From the NCBI GenBank assembly GCA_010093815.1, contig ML996565.1: a stretch of DNA of 64,000 bases; one strand, written 5' to 3'. Under the pieces are notes generated by a model. It made no database searches and was not told the DNA's origin. It saw nothing but the letters and a program-made list of their open reading frames with translations. Origin of the DNA: Pseudovirgaria hyperparasitica (lineage: Eukaryota). The position numbers and the translations under genes were made by a program. Shown here piece by piece: positions 48,138-60,242 of the stretch. Numbering within the stretch: position 1 is the stretch's first letter; every line of letters starts with the position of its first letter.

Positions 48138-49274
48138 AGATGGTAGAGGTTGAGGCGAGACTAGTATATAGGGCGTTTAGTGCGGTTTATGTGAGTAAGA
48201 CGCGTGAGTGAGTTGTAGCTGTATCTGGACAAGTAGAGGAATATTCATGACGTATGTCGGACACGGTCTGTATTCTGTGTTTCAGGTGTGTCTGCTCCCC
48301 TTTTATTATGGCACCGAAGTCCTCTATTGTTTCAGTATGGGAGTTCGAAGATCTTCTTGGGCACTGTAAAGATCTTTCTTAGACTCCAGATCGACTACAT
48401 ACTCCTAACAACAGTATACATATGTTAAGGAACAGTTGAGGGCAAAGAGATCGATAGAAGGGTTGTCTGGGTCAAACGATACTATCGACAGTTTCTTGTC
48501 ATCTAGAAAGTGTCACAAGACATACATCTCGTTCGCGAGGTGAGTAGATGAGACTGAGTCCTCATACCAACGCCCCTTAGCGTATTAACATCTAGTCGGC
48601 GTAGCACATGATTCTTCTTGGAACCCTTCTTCAAATATAGGTAGGCTCTCATTATTTCTAGCATCAAGAAAACGTAAAGAGACAAAACCTTCTGCGATAC
48701 GACTAATCCGGGCATTGGCTTCTAAAAGGAGGCAGACGACTGTGCCGCCCGCACTTTTACTACGGCAAGCAGCGCGGCACGACCATCCATCACAAACTTT
48801 AAGTTACAGGTCTAGCTACGGGTTAGCGTCATGAAAGACGCTCGTTCCAATTACGTGCATGTATGCCTCATGCTGATGCGGCGCCATAGCACAGTGGGAC
48901 ATCCATTGCGTTGAACACGCGATTGCTGGCGAACGTGGCTGTGCACGATCTTCCCCACGATTACTGAGTAGATCCGCTTCTCCATGTCTATTCTGGGATG
49001 TCGTCCGTTTTTGCGACACCACCTGCGCCAGCACAGTATGGTCCGCATGGCACAGGCTTTGTGGTCAGTGGATCAATGTTTACTGCTCTGTCAGGGCGTT
49101 TGAGTCGATTGGAAAGAAGCGAATGCCATGAGATGCGCTCTAGAGTGGTCATGATGGTGATATATAAGAAGCTCTGGAGGAAGAGCTTTCTGATAGTATT
49201 CAATATCACATTTACACTCTTGCATCATACGATCTTTTGTCCATCACTTTGACCTGACCTCAGTAAAATACAAC

Positions 49275-50268
49275 ATGTTCTTCTTCAGCTTCCTACTCTT
49301 CTTCCTCCAATGCGTATACGCAGCTCCTGGACGTCGGCGGTCGGATCTTTCCGAAGGTTGCAGCACGGAAGTTCCAGAGTCCTTTGCGAATATCCTCAAA
49401 CGGTCGAAGACAGTTGACTCCGTTCGGAGGGACAATCATGCATTGTTTCCGCGGGGTAACGGGACCAATGAGACCATAACCATCGACGTCTATTTCCACG
49501 TCCTAGCCGACGGTGCTGCCGAGGAGAAGGGGAATTATCGCGTAAGTCCAGTATACCACGACGAGGAGAAGACCCAAGTACTGACCCAGTTCTCAGGATG
49601 ACGTCTACAAGAAGCAGCTCGCCCAGCTCAACAACGACTTCAACCCATACGGCTTCCGATTCAATTTGAAAGAAATTGATCGTTGGCTCCTGCCATACCC
49701 CTACCTTACCCCTAACGCAGACTATAGTATCAAAAGACAGCTGCGAAAGGGAGGCTGGAGCACACTGAACATCTACACTGTCCACATTGGCAATGGAACC
49801 ATCGGCGTACGCTTTGCCCCTGTACCAAATCCTCTAAAAGTCTCCTAGCTAAACCCTGCACAGACATCTACCATGCCCCATGATACCGACAAGCACCCCG
49901 TCGGCTCCGTTGAATGCTACCTAGACGGCGTCGTCATCTCCAATGAAGCATTGCCCGGCATTGACCCCAATGGGGACCGTAGCCAAGGCAAGACGGCGAC
50001 GCACGGAGTGGGCCACTGGCTCGGGCTGGAGCATACGTACTCCCACGGTTGTGATGGAGAAGGCGATGGCATTGACGATACGCCTTCGATGAGACTTCTC
50101 TCCAATGGTGGGTGTGCCGTAGGGGCTGATACGTGCCCTGGAGAGCATGGTCTCGATCCGGTGAGGAACTTCATGAGTTTCTCCGAGGATGAGTGCTTGA
50201 ACGAGTTTACGAAGGGGCAGGTGGAGAGGATGAAGTGGACTTGGGAGACGTTTCGGAAGGGCCGTTAG
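49275..50268 (+). CDS. Secreted M43 (pappalysin/Mep1-like) metalloprotease homolog with HExxH changed to HGxxH
   Basis: Signal peptide; IDVYFHVL, LRKGGWSTLNIY, DGVVI, GKTATHGVGHWLGLEHT, GDGIDDTP, DPVRNFMSFS (Met-turn) and FTKGQVERM; phase-0 introns 49542-49596 and 49807-49863. Confidence 0.9.
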
Positions 50269-50654
50269 TATGGACGAGTACTGATCTGCATGATTCGATA
50301 TGGAGTTCTAGATTACGTGGGAGATCTTGAGATCCTGGTGATGTTCGTTAAGCTGTTTTTGTTGTTTCTTTTGTTTCGTGGGATTTTGATCTTTGTTTGG
50401 TATTCCAGCTTTTTGCATATGAAACGTATATAATTCGAAATACATCAGCTATGTAGCTCACATGTGTGTCATCAGTATGTGTGTCTATTGCTGAACAGGT
50501 TTTCACTACCCAGAAGGGGATTGTGACCCGATATTGAACACTTCCTCTCTGCCTCAAGCTCCTCTTCAAGTGGTACCTTGGTGGTACCATCGAAGTACCA
50601 TCGACTACCAGGTGCCCACTCAGTCTCCTCTTGCGTTTTCCTACAATATCGGTC

Positions 50655-52631
50655 TCAGATAATGGTAAGCTCTGTCTCATTGACTCCGTCAAACGCTGCC
50701 GCCATCTCTTCAGCTCCGTCTGGATTCTGGCATGCGATCGCAACCCTCTGATACGTCAACTCCTCACCAATACAACTCTGGAGTAACAAGCCTCGTGTCT
50801 CGGGTCGATCTGTGCGCTGTGCGACTAATAGGAAATATAAGCGGTCTTTGTCTACCTCATGCGGGTCAACATCCCAATACACAACCATTGATGTGTCATT
50901 ATGTCCAAGTCGTGCAAATGTCACACGATCACCGTGATCAAGGGAGCGAATCGGGAGTGTTTTACCTCGAAGTCGAAGCATGCCGGAGCTGATCCTGCCG
51001 AAAGGGTCAGGACGAGACGGGGTACAGTGCACATCGATGTCATGAATGAAGTATTTGAGCTCAAAAGGATAGATGTCGTGGCCACCGCTCCATCCGAAAC
51101 TAATCGTCGTTTGTTTCTGTGTGTTTTTACTCAGATCTGCACAAAACGGGGACCACGTTGGGGATCCATTGACACGACGAGGATCACGTCGGACTGTCGG
51201 TATAGCTGTCCATAATAGTGACCGAGCCAGGTCTTTCTTCCAGAGTCCGCCAATGTACTCGCTAGCCCCGTGTGATTTCAAGTACGATGCGAGCCCAGCT
51301 ATAGCCGGTAATCGATCCGATTCGTAAGTGGTATGTCGCGAGAAGTACTTTGAAAGTAACTCTAACCACAAAAGACTGGAACTTTCTGGAATACTATGAC
51401 TGAAAGGACCTTCCAGATATTCTTCCTTGGTACTGTGTGGCCTGAAAATTCTTTCTCGGCGGATGCACTCACTCTCAGCTTGGGAATGATCCATGATCAT
51501 GCATTCACAAGCGACGGTAGAACTGCATTCCCAGTATATTTCTGTGCGTGTAAAGTGTACAATCTTGCTTGCTAGAATATGTTCTTGCAGTGCCCATGCC
51601 CTGCATGCCAATGGCGAGTTTAAGAGTGCCATACTGTGCCAATGCAACATAATATTGTTGCCAATGGGGGTTACATTGACGTGGATCTTACTCTCGGCTC
51701 CAGAAGAGTCGTGTACCGTGCCAACGTGCATAGATTGATGCACGGATTCTCCTAATTTGTTGAACAGTCCACCAGAGGAGTCCTTCGCTTGTGAGGCTGC
51801 CAACACTAGATGTGCGTCATAGTACACTTTTCCCATCCGAGAGACTTCGGCTTCCCAATCGTCAGGGTCGTCTTGTATGATGCACAGACTATCGATCCAT
51901 AAGAACCGGATATTTAGCATCCTGCAGAGTTCTACAGAGTCTCTAAAGGTCTGGGGGAGCCTGGTCATTGCTATAGAGGAACAATGTTCCTCCAGGTTCT
52001 TTCTAGTCGTCTGCAAAGGCATATGTGTGCCCCAACAGTGACTCAAGGCTGCATACTGGCCCATGCATCCAGACGATATGTGAAGAGACACTTTATCTTC
52101 AGACGTTTTGCCGACATCGATGACTCGTGTCGGTAACGAGGAAACGGGTCTATGGCAGGTCGTATGTTCGTTAACACACTTGGACATCCAACCACCCACA
52201 AGGTCCTGAGCGATATCTTGTCGGGCGTCGGCGATTTCTCGACCAGGCTTCACAAAGTCCCAAGGACAAGGTTGTGAGGTTGGTGGATAAAAGAACTGAA
52301 TAGCAAAGGTGTTGGTGGGAATATCGCTCGATGATCCCACACCTTCCCTCAGGAATATACAACCTGAGTCTCCATTGTAGTCGGAAACAGCATAGTCGGC
52401 CATGTTGACGCCTCTCGGCGTCGCACTCAAGCGAACTAGTACAGCCAAGCATGCTTTGTAGATAATCTCACATCTTGGGCAGCCGTTTTGAATACCTTTC
52501 TTGAGATCTGCCCATGTGCGAGCAAGTCTACTGGAGTCACAATCACATTGAACGGTCTTCGTAGGCCAAGTGGTTTCGAACACGGCGTGACCTGTCAGGT
52601 CAATAGGTTGTGGAGTCAATTCTAATGCCAT
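50655..52631 (-). CDS. HET-domain (heterokaryon incompatibility) protein
   Basis: LPTRVIDV, YAALSHCWG, LPQTFRD, LWIDSLCIIQDD, WEAEVSRMGKVY, RAWALQE and DRLPAIAGLA; intronless. Confidence 0.93.
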   Translation of the reverse strand: MALELTPQPIDLTGHAVFETTWPTKTVQCDCDSSRLARTWADLKKGIQNGCPRCEIIYKACLAVLVRLSATPRGVNMADYAVSDYNGDSGCIFLREGVGSSSDIPTNTFAIQFFYPPTSQPCPWDFVKPGREIADARQDIAQDLVGGWMSKCVNEHTTCHRPVSSLPTRVIDVGKTSEDKVSLHISSGCMGQYAALSHCWGTHMPLQTTRKNLEEHCSSIAMTRLPQTFRDSVELCRMLNIRFLWIDSLCIIQDDPDDWEAEVSRMGKVYYDAHLVLAASQAKDSSGGLFNKLGESVHQSMHVGTVHDSSGAESKIHVNVTPIGNNIMLHWHSMALLNSPLACRAWALQEHILASKIVHFTRTEIYWECSSTVACECMIMDHSQAESECIRRERIFRPHSTKEEYLEGPFSHSIPESSSLLWLELLSKYFSRHTTYESDRLPAIAGLASYLKSHGASEYIGGLWKKDLARSLLWTAIPTVRRDPRRVNGSPTWSPFCADLSKNTQKQTTISFGWSGGHDIYPFELKYFIHDIDVHCTPSRPDPFGRISSGMLRLRGKTLPIRSLDHGDRVTFARLGHNDTSMVVYWDVDPHEVDKDRLYFLLVAQRTDRPETRGLLLQSCIGEELTYQRVAIACQNPDGAEEMAAAFDGVNETELTII

Positions 52632-52799
52632 CACGCAAGCTAAAGAGTTGTTGTTTGGTGCTATAGGCAAACGCAGAAAACCTCTTCATGCCCCGCGTTA
52701 ACCCGTGGTACACATGTTGAGCCAATCACGCGCCGCAGAGACACATCGTCAGAGTCTTGTAGATCTATCCAATGCCATTATCCAAGTAATAATTACTCT

Positions 52800-54362
52800 C
52801 TAAGATAGTCGCCTCGGATCTCTCTCAAGTTCCCATTTGACCAAGACTTCTGGCTCCCTCTGAACCTGCTCTTTCCAAGCCTTTGTCCACTTCCAATACT
52901 CTACTGCTTGATCCCAATGCTCACACCACAGCTCAAAATGACCGTAGCCGTCCTTACAGAAATCAACAACCTTTGGCATATCATTGATGAGGCGTATACA
53001 TTCTAGCCTCCTTATATTCATGGCTGCTATATGATCCTCAATAACGTCAGCATCCACATCAATGGGCGTCCAATGCGCGTCCGGTTGAAGTCTCGCCCAC
53101 TTAGAATCAAGGGCCTCCAGACTCTTGACAAGCTGTTTTAACGGTCCGCGATCTTCATGACGTATGAGGTTTCCAGTCGCTTCTATGGCAATCTTGAGCT
53201 GGACCCAGCCACCCGAGAAGATCTCCTGGACGGCCTGTTGCTGTATCACTATTAGTGAATTGAATTGTGTCTGCAGCTCTTCTGCGAGTCTTGCTTCGCC
53301 ATGCTCTCTCAAAATGCAGCGATTGCATCTCATCTGTTTGACATGTTCGAAATGTTCTTCCACGCCTTCCTCGCTCGTGTATATACCGATACCGATATAT
53401 TCGCCGTAGCCCCAACCCTGAGGCTTCCAGCGAAAAGCACGCAACTCTTGCCATTGCGTGCAACCAGGACAACGAACCATATGCATGGTATTTGGCTGAT
53501 ACGCAGCATTCTCTCGATATATGCGCTGGAGTGGGAGATTGAATGCCGGACGTGCTGTTTCCAGATAATTTGCAACTCCCGGAAAATAACGATCTAGTGG
53601 TGTCGTGAAGTTAAGACGTCGGCTCTTTACAATCGGCACTTCCGCCGTGCCTTTGTTCCAGCTGTACGCCCAGCACAAGGAGTCAGGATCATTGCCTCGC
53701 GGCCAGCGCTGCTTGATGAATGCAGTCCGTTTAAGATAGCCGTGCTGAAAACGACATTCGTTGCACTTACGTAGATGGCGATGAGATCCAGCTTCGACTT
53801 GTTCATGCGCGATGGCTACTCCGTCATCATGATTTGACGTTATAGAATCGTGATATTCTCGCCGCCTTCTCGAATCCCACTTCTTCAACGTCGCGATGAT
53901 GATTTCTCTCTGACGTTGTTGTCTGTGAGTTAAAGCTCTGCGTTCCACAGGCTCCCAGCTCGTGATACCAGAGAACTTTGCCGCAGCTTCTGTGCCAGGC
54001 ATAGGTTTCCGATTCCGTAGGCGCAGTATCGAGTGATTGTCGAATGATGCGTGGCTTAACAGTCTCAAACAATGAGTACAAGTCCAACGCATGTCGTTCC
54101 AGGAATCATCATTCCAGTCTGGGTCAAGGAAATTGTCGCGCGCCCGAAATGAGAACACAACACCACCATGCTGCTGTTCCAGTTCAAGGGCTAGTAGTCG
54201 CTCTGCAAAATGCTTACGCGAGGGCTTGATGATTTCTCGAAACCGTTGACATGTCTGGCTCACTGCAATTAAAGCAGAGGGGTCCAGCTGGCGGAAGACG
54301 GCAGATAAAATCTCGACCGGGAGCAGAGCGAGGACCACTTGATATGTGTCACCCATGATCAT
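52800..54362 (-). CDS. F-box protein with Cys-rich downstream region
   Basis: LLPVEILSAVFRQLDPSALIAVSQTCQRFREII (F-box); CTHC, CNEC, CPGC and CNRC pairs; intronless. Start at 54362 or 54356 is more likely than the ORF start at 54659. Confidence 0.8.
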   Translation of the reverse strand: MIMGDTYQVVLALLPVEILSAVFRQLDPSALIAVSQTCQRFREIIKPSRKHFAERLLALELEQQHGGVVFSFRARDNFLDPDWNDDSWNDMRWTCTHCLRLLSHASFDNHSILRLRNRKPMPGTEAAAKFSGITSWEPVERRALTHRQQRQREIIIATLKKWDSRRRREYHDSITSNHDDGVAIAHEQVEAGSHRHLRKCNECRFQHGYLKRTAFIKQRWPRGNDPDSLCWAYSWNKGTAEVPIVKSRRLNFTTPLDRYFPGVANYLETARPAFNLPLQRIYRENAAYQPNTMHMVRCPGCTQWQELRAFRWKPQGWGYGEYIGIGIYTSEEGVEEHFEHVKQMRCNRCILREHGEARLAEELQTQFNSLIVIQQQAVQEIFSGGWVQLKIAIEATGNLIRHEDRGPLKQLVKSLEALDSKWARLQPDAHWTPIDVDADVIEDHIAAMNIRRLECIRLINDMPKVVDFCKDGYGHFELWCEHWDQAVEYWKWTKAWKEQVQREPEVLVKWELERDPRRLS

Positions 54363-54793
54363 GATAACAATGGAAGGGAGGAATACAGAGGAGCAGCCAC
54401 TGATATAGCAAGATGGGGTGCAGTTAAGGGATCTGAAACAACACGAAAGTAGATGACGGTCGGTCATCATCCGGTGTCCCGTAATGGAACAGCTTCCAGG
54501 CGTGGACTGGGCCGATCGCGCAAATGGGTAATCCCATGATGACGAGGTAGTGCAAGCAACGGAACTATGCAATGATTGCCACAAACCATCTGCTACAGAA
54601 ATGAAGTAATGCCATTTGAAGATGATTTGTCGAGACCGATGGGTCACGTTATGAAGCAAAAGTATTGCAGCCTAAGGCAGCAACATGTGTCGACGACTGA
54701 GACAGCCATGGATTCCAGGTATCCTTCATGCGATATATCGACGCAAGTATCATTACACCAAGATAATACAGTTTTCAGGGGTATCCTCTGTCC

Positions 54794-57700
54794 TCATCCC
54801 CACCTTGCAGCCTCCCTTTCCCTCTCAACTCTACCCGCCCGATCCTCTTCATCGTCGTCGTATTTCCATTCCCCTCTTCGGCTACTTTTCTGTTTCTTAG
54901 CTCGCTGCGCACTTGGTCCGGTAGGAGGGGCGAAGACCTTCTCCTCGGTCTCTTCTCTACTTCGCTTCTTATCGGCAGTACCTCTAATGCTAGGATGTAA
55001 GCTTTCCCTGCGCTGCTTTTCCTTCAATAAACGCTCCCGGTTCCTACGCTCTCGCTCTTCTTGGTGCTGATCAATGGCTGGAGTGTTTGGAGCCGACTTA
55101 TCGGAGGGTGTGACAGGTGTGGCAGAACTGCGTGGAGCAGAGTTCGAATTACGACGTTTGGTGCGTTCAGCTGCTGGTCCGGTGGGCGGGGCAAAGGTCG
55201 ACGGCGTCCGTGATTTGGGACCTGTTGGGGGTGGCATATCGGTGGTGTCTATCGGAGCGAGCTTCATGCGGCTGCGACCTTGAATCTTCAACTCAGGCTC
55301 TTCGAGAACAGTAGAACTGGTCGGAGGTTTGATAGCAATCGACTGAACGTCGATGCGAGATTCCCGGCGAGAGTTGTTGCGCTCCCTTTCGCGTTCATAG
55401 CCATCTTCACGATCACGGTCACGATCATGATCACGATCTCTTTCACGATCCTTGCGACTCCGACGGGAAGATCTATGGTGACGATCGTCATCCTCGTGAT
55501 CTTGTGAACGATCACGACGTCTTCTTCGTTCGCGATCGCGGGATCGTGTACGATCACGCCTGTGTCTTTCAGAGCGTTCTTTCCTCCTATCTGATGATTC
55601 TGTGGCGTCATCACTATTGGTACGACGACGCGCATCATAGTCGTCCAGGGGGGATCTTGAACGGCTTCTGTACCGGTGACGACGAGACCGATGCTTATCC
55701 TTGTCACGACGACTCTTATACTTTGAATCTACGGAGGAGGGCCGAGATTTTTGGCCACGATGAGAGTCTCCACTTCTATCATGGTCTTGATCTTCGATCT
55801 CGTCATATCTTCTTGACGAACGATGTTTACGTCTTTTGCGAGAGTCAGATTCCGTGGACGTCGAGTGAGACCGGTTGCGTCGGCGATGGTGTTGCGATCG
55901 AGCGGGAGATCTAGACTGAGTACGCTGTCGCTCGCGTGATGGGGATCTGGATCTTCCACGATCCTCGTCGTTCGTAGTACGTTTTGGGGTATAGCTGCGC
56001 CATGTCAATGGTTGGTTCCGTACCAGGAATTTAAGAGCTGCTCTTACCTTCGATCACGTTCTCGAGGTGGCTCAATAGAACCGCTCATGGATGCAGATCT
56101 ATTGTTTGATGAAGCCGCTATACGACCACTTATGCCAGTGTTTGGTAACCCTACTCTCATGGCCTTGGGCCCGGTGGGAGCGCCAACAACGCCAACTCCT
56201 GGAGGTTCAGTACCTCCAGCCAATACTGTCACATCACCATTTGAGACCGCCAATGATGCATTATGCTGTCCGTATGAGCCATTGGCCATATAACGACCTC
56301 CTCGATTTGCGAATCCGCCGCGGTAGTACCCACGTGCGCCACCTCGACCGCCGGTGGAAAATTCAGGCATGTGACCGCCTTGATGTCCTTGAATGTAAGA
56401 GTATGCGCCATTGGCATCAAGATGACCAGCCATAGGCATAACACTGACATCCATTCCATATGAGTCTGCACCACCCTCATACGTAGCTATAGGTTGATCT
56501 TGTTGCACTTGCATCTGACCAGCAGGGTCCTCAGACACTGGCACGTTTTGAGCGACGTCTACAGCTGCGGATTGTTCGTCTTGCTGCACAGGAGCTGGAT
56601 CATCATTAGTAGTAGGCTCACCATTCCCTACTTCCACTGTAGAATCATCAACTCTGTTAGTGTCGCCCGCGGGTTGGGTCTCATCCTGGTCTTGACGCTC
56701 ATCATGCTGTTTTTCACTGTCTCCTAGAACAGTGGCAGATTGAGACGGTTCAACAGACCGAGATGTCTGGTGATCCATATTCCCATCATGCTTTGAGTTT
56801 GCGTCAGTCGTGGTCTGGCCTTGAGGGATGTCGGCTATCTGGGCCTGGGCATCGGAATTGCTCTGGTTACCATAGTTTCCTGTTTGACCTCTTCCAAACC
56901 CACGAGTCTGGGGGCCTCCCTGTCCATTGAAACGATTTTGGTAATTATTTTTGGGAAACTGCTGGTGATGCATCTGATGAGCATAATTGCTCTGCTGGTG
57001 TGACTGTTGATTATATCCACTTCCGGGATAGTAGCCAGCATTTGCGCCAAAGTCACCACTGCTCATCTGTCCATTCCACCCACTGTTGAATCCGCCACCA
57101 AAACCCATACCCATGTTCATGCCGTTCATTCCGTTCATGCCCATGTTTTGTCCGCCAAAGCCACCGAACATCCCTTGGGACATGGCCATTGCGTCCATGC
57201 CCATTCCGGGCATACCTAAAGTTTATTAGCTGAGAATTATATGCGAAGTCAGGAAGCTGCGTACCCATCATATTGAAGTTGTTCCATCCAGCACTTGGCA
57301 TACTGGCACCCATTTGCATCATGGGGTTAAAACCATTAGTGCCATTCCACCCCATATTCGAGAAACCTCCTTGGGCTGTGCTCATCCCAAAAGCAGTATT
57401 ATTGCCTTGAATCTGCTGGGTGGTCCCCGCGTTCATACTCCAGCTATTCTTCTGCTCTTCAGCTGTGGTATCTTCGTTGGCTTCTTCGGTCCTTTTGCTT
57501 TCGCCACCACCCGCACTGCTATCTTCAATGCTTTGCTCTTCCTCGTTCGTCGACACTTGTTTCGTGGAAGCCGCTGCCTCAGGTTCCTGGATGAATTAAT
57601 ACTGTACATGAGAGAGAAATTAGGTACTGATACCTACCTCCCTACGACCTTTTGACAAGGCGCTCCCACCATCTTCTCTCACGTCCGCTACATTCTTGAT

Positions 57701-58253
57701 GTTCGCGCTGATATCTTCCCCATTAGTCAACGCTTCCTCTTCGATCGACTTCCCAGGTACGTCTTCGCCCGGTGCTGGATTATGTTGCGAGGGATGTGTT
57801 GATGTCGCATCAGCCGTATTCGGAACAGATGTATCAGTGTGTTTTGCCTGAGGAGTTCCCCGATCCTTGTCCCGCTTCTTTTCCTCTGCCTTCAAAAAAG
57901 CTTTCACGGTAAGTCTGAGACTTTTGTTCGGCTTGCAATCCTCAGCTGATAGTGGGCTGTGGTCGCAGACGGGACATGATTCTGGTAACGAAGTTTGGCC
58001 TGTAATCGCGTCAATGACGGTGCTGGGCGGGGCATGTAGCACAAAGTCCTCACATGTTTCGCAGATAGACTGGTCGCAGCAAGGAAGACGGAACGCGCTG
58101 ATAACAAGCTTATTGCAAGTTGCGCAACGAAGCTTAACGGGAATGTCATCTTGAGCTAGAGAGCTGTTGAACTTAGCAGAGGTTCTGGCCAGATCTTAAG
58201 GTGACTCACCTGGCGAGCTCTCGCATCCCTTCCAGAGTCTGTACCGCAGACAT
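54794..58253 (-). CDS. RING-finger (Mpe1/RBBP6-like RING) protein with G/M/N/Q-rich middle and RS/RD-rich C-terminus
   Basis: Spliced N-terminus MSAVQTLEGMRELAS..DIPVKLRCATCNKL..LPCCDQSICETC..CPVC..KPNKSLRLTVKAFL. Canonical introns join ORFs 57620-58042, 57053-57556, 56044-57213 and 54794-56008; the last junction (AG|C TAT ACC) is in frame. Confidence 0.75.
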
Positions 58254-58871
58254 TGCGGTAAAGGACTTCTATGATCTGCGCTTCAAGAACAGGCCTTCAC
58301 CATGTTGTATGGTCGAGACGCGAGGGCGGCGCAGATTCTTTGGAGATATCGTTGTTTGCTGGTTTTCAGGCTTCCAAGTAAAACGACGCGAGCGTCAAAT
58401 CCAGTAGTGTGATATTAAGTCGTATTGCCCATTCTCTCCTACATGCAAGCACGGGTTTACAACCAAACGTATGAGAGAGCGCAGATAGTTCCAGTTGTGC
58501 GAGCAGTGTTAATAGAGCTGCGACTTCGTGAAAAGATGGCGGCCGAATTCGAGGCACCCGCGCGGCGCTAATTAGTGACGGAACACGCTTATCCCAATCG
58601 GGAATGTGAGCACTAGATCCATAACATTTCATCAAGCTCTTCTACTACGATATATAATTAGTGTAAAGGCGCTTCGTACATAGAATATTCGGTATATCCT
58701 CTGTTGCAGTCCACTGGACCTTGCACTGTCAAAACTAAAATATCCGTCGAATAACTCAAAACGGACTAGTGCCTTCAAGGCGCGTCATTGAACGCTGACG
58801 AGCGAAAGTCTCTTAACCTCTAATATCTCACTGTGTGTTTCTGTTAGGCCCAGGAGAGTGGTACTGGTAAT

Positions 58872-60242
58872 ATGATACTCAATCAGATATCCTATCTGGA
58901 TTGTCTCGCATTCCTCGTCTTTTTAGCGCCCCAATTGATCATCCAAGTCGGGCTGCTCACCACGATAGGATGGGGTCTGAACGCTCTACCTTTCTTGCGT
59001 CTGTATTGACTTTGTTTCTCGGTACTCGTGCTTCAACTAACCTAGTCCTCTAGTTCTCAAGATGCCTTGTCAACTCGTGGTAGAGAGGTTCTTCACACGC
59101 CGTGAACAGCAGAGTCCCTTCGTTCAACGAGCATCGCTATTTCAGGACATAGTCATCCGGTGCGTGCGCTATGCATTTGCGTATATGCCAGCGTACATTG
59201 GCCGCGTGTTCTTCTCGAAGCCAGTCGCTCTGCCTTTTGTTCGGTTTCGAATGTTCAGGCACGGACTGAGAAAATGTCCAATTCCTTGGGTGGAAGTGAA
59301 ACGCGTGCGTCGCTCGCTAACTTGCATGCCAATCTGCTAACTTGAGTAGCCCGGTCTGAGTGGAATATGGCTCGCTCATGATCAGACCAAGAAGCCAGAC
59401 GTCGTGATATATTATTGTCATGGTGAGGCCGGGATGACTGATTCACCTTTCAATCACTAAGTCTAGCATAGGTGGTGGCTTCTCCATGGGATCTTGCTAT
59501 TTCTACGTGAGCTTCGAATGACAATTTGTAAACATGAGACTCACTCATGCTGTTATAGATCGAATTCCTGGTCGCGTGGGTGACTCTTCTGAAAAATGCG
59601 GGCTACGAGAATCCAGCCTTGTTTGCACTCGACTACACCTTAGTTCCTGATGCTTGCTATCCAACACAAGTGCAACAAGCATTCTCTGGCTACGAATATG
59701 TCTTGAGCATTGTAGGTGAATCTTCTAGGATCTGTGTTGGGGGCGACTCCGCCGGCGGTACACTTATACTAAGTATGTTGCTGTACATGGGGGAACATTC
59801 CGACTACAAAAGCCGTCTCCCTGCTCTTGCAACCTTAATATCGCCGTGGGTTACGCTCGTGAGCCCAAAGAATCGCAACACGAGAAGTGACTATCTCAAC
59901 TCTGACAGCCTTGAGTTGTACGGTAGGCAGTATGCAGGTACCCAGGTTTCCATCAGCGATCCCATGGTCTCGCCTGGTAATTGCAAAGATTTGGACTGGT
60001 GGATGCGAGCAAGTCCCAAGAAGGGATGGTATTTTCAATATGGATCTGAAGAAGTCCTGGGTCCAGAATTGAGGGATCTGATCACCTTATTGTACAACGG
60101 TGATGTGGAGCTAGATGTAAGCGAGGAGCATGGTCACGTCCATGCCTGGCCAGTAGCTTCACTCTACCTTGGCGAAACAAGAAATGAGCGCCTGCATGGA
60201 TTGCAAAATCTGGTCGGAGCTATAAAACGGCGCATGGGATAA
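58872..60242 (+). CDS. Alpha/beta hydrolase (Say1/Mug180-like) with N-terminal hydrophobic segment
   Basis: Spliced YCHGGGFSMGS, LDYTLVP, GGDSAGG, ISPW and HVHAWP; about four introns. Confidence 0.82.
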
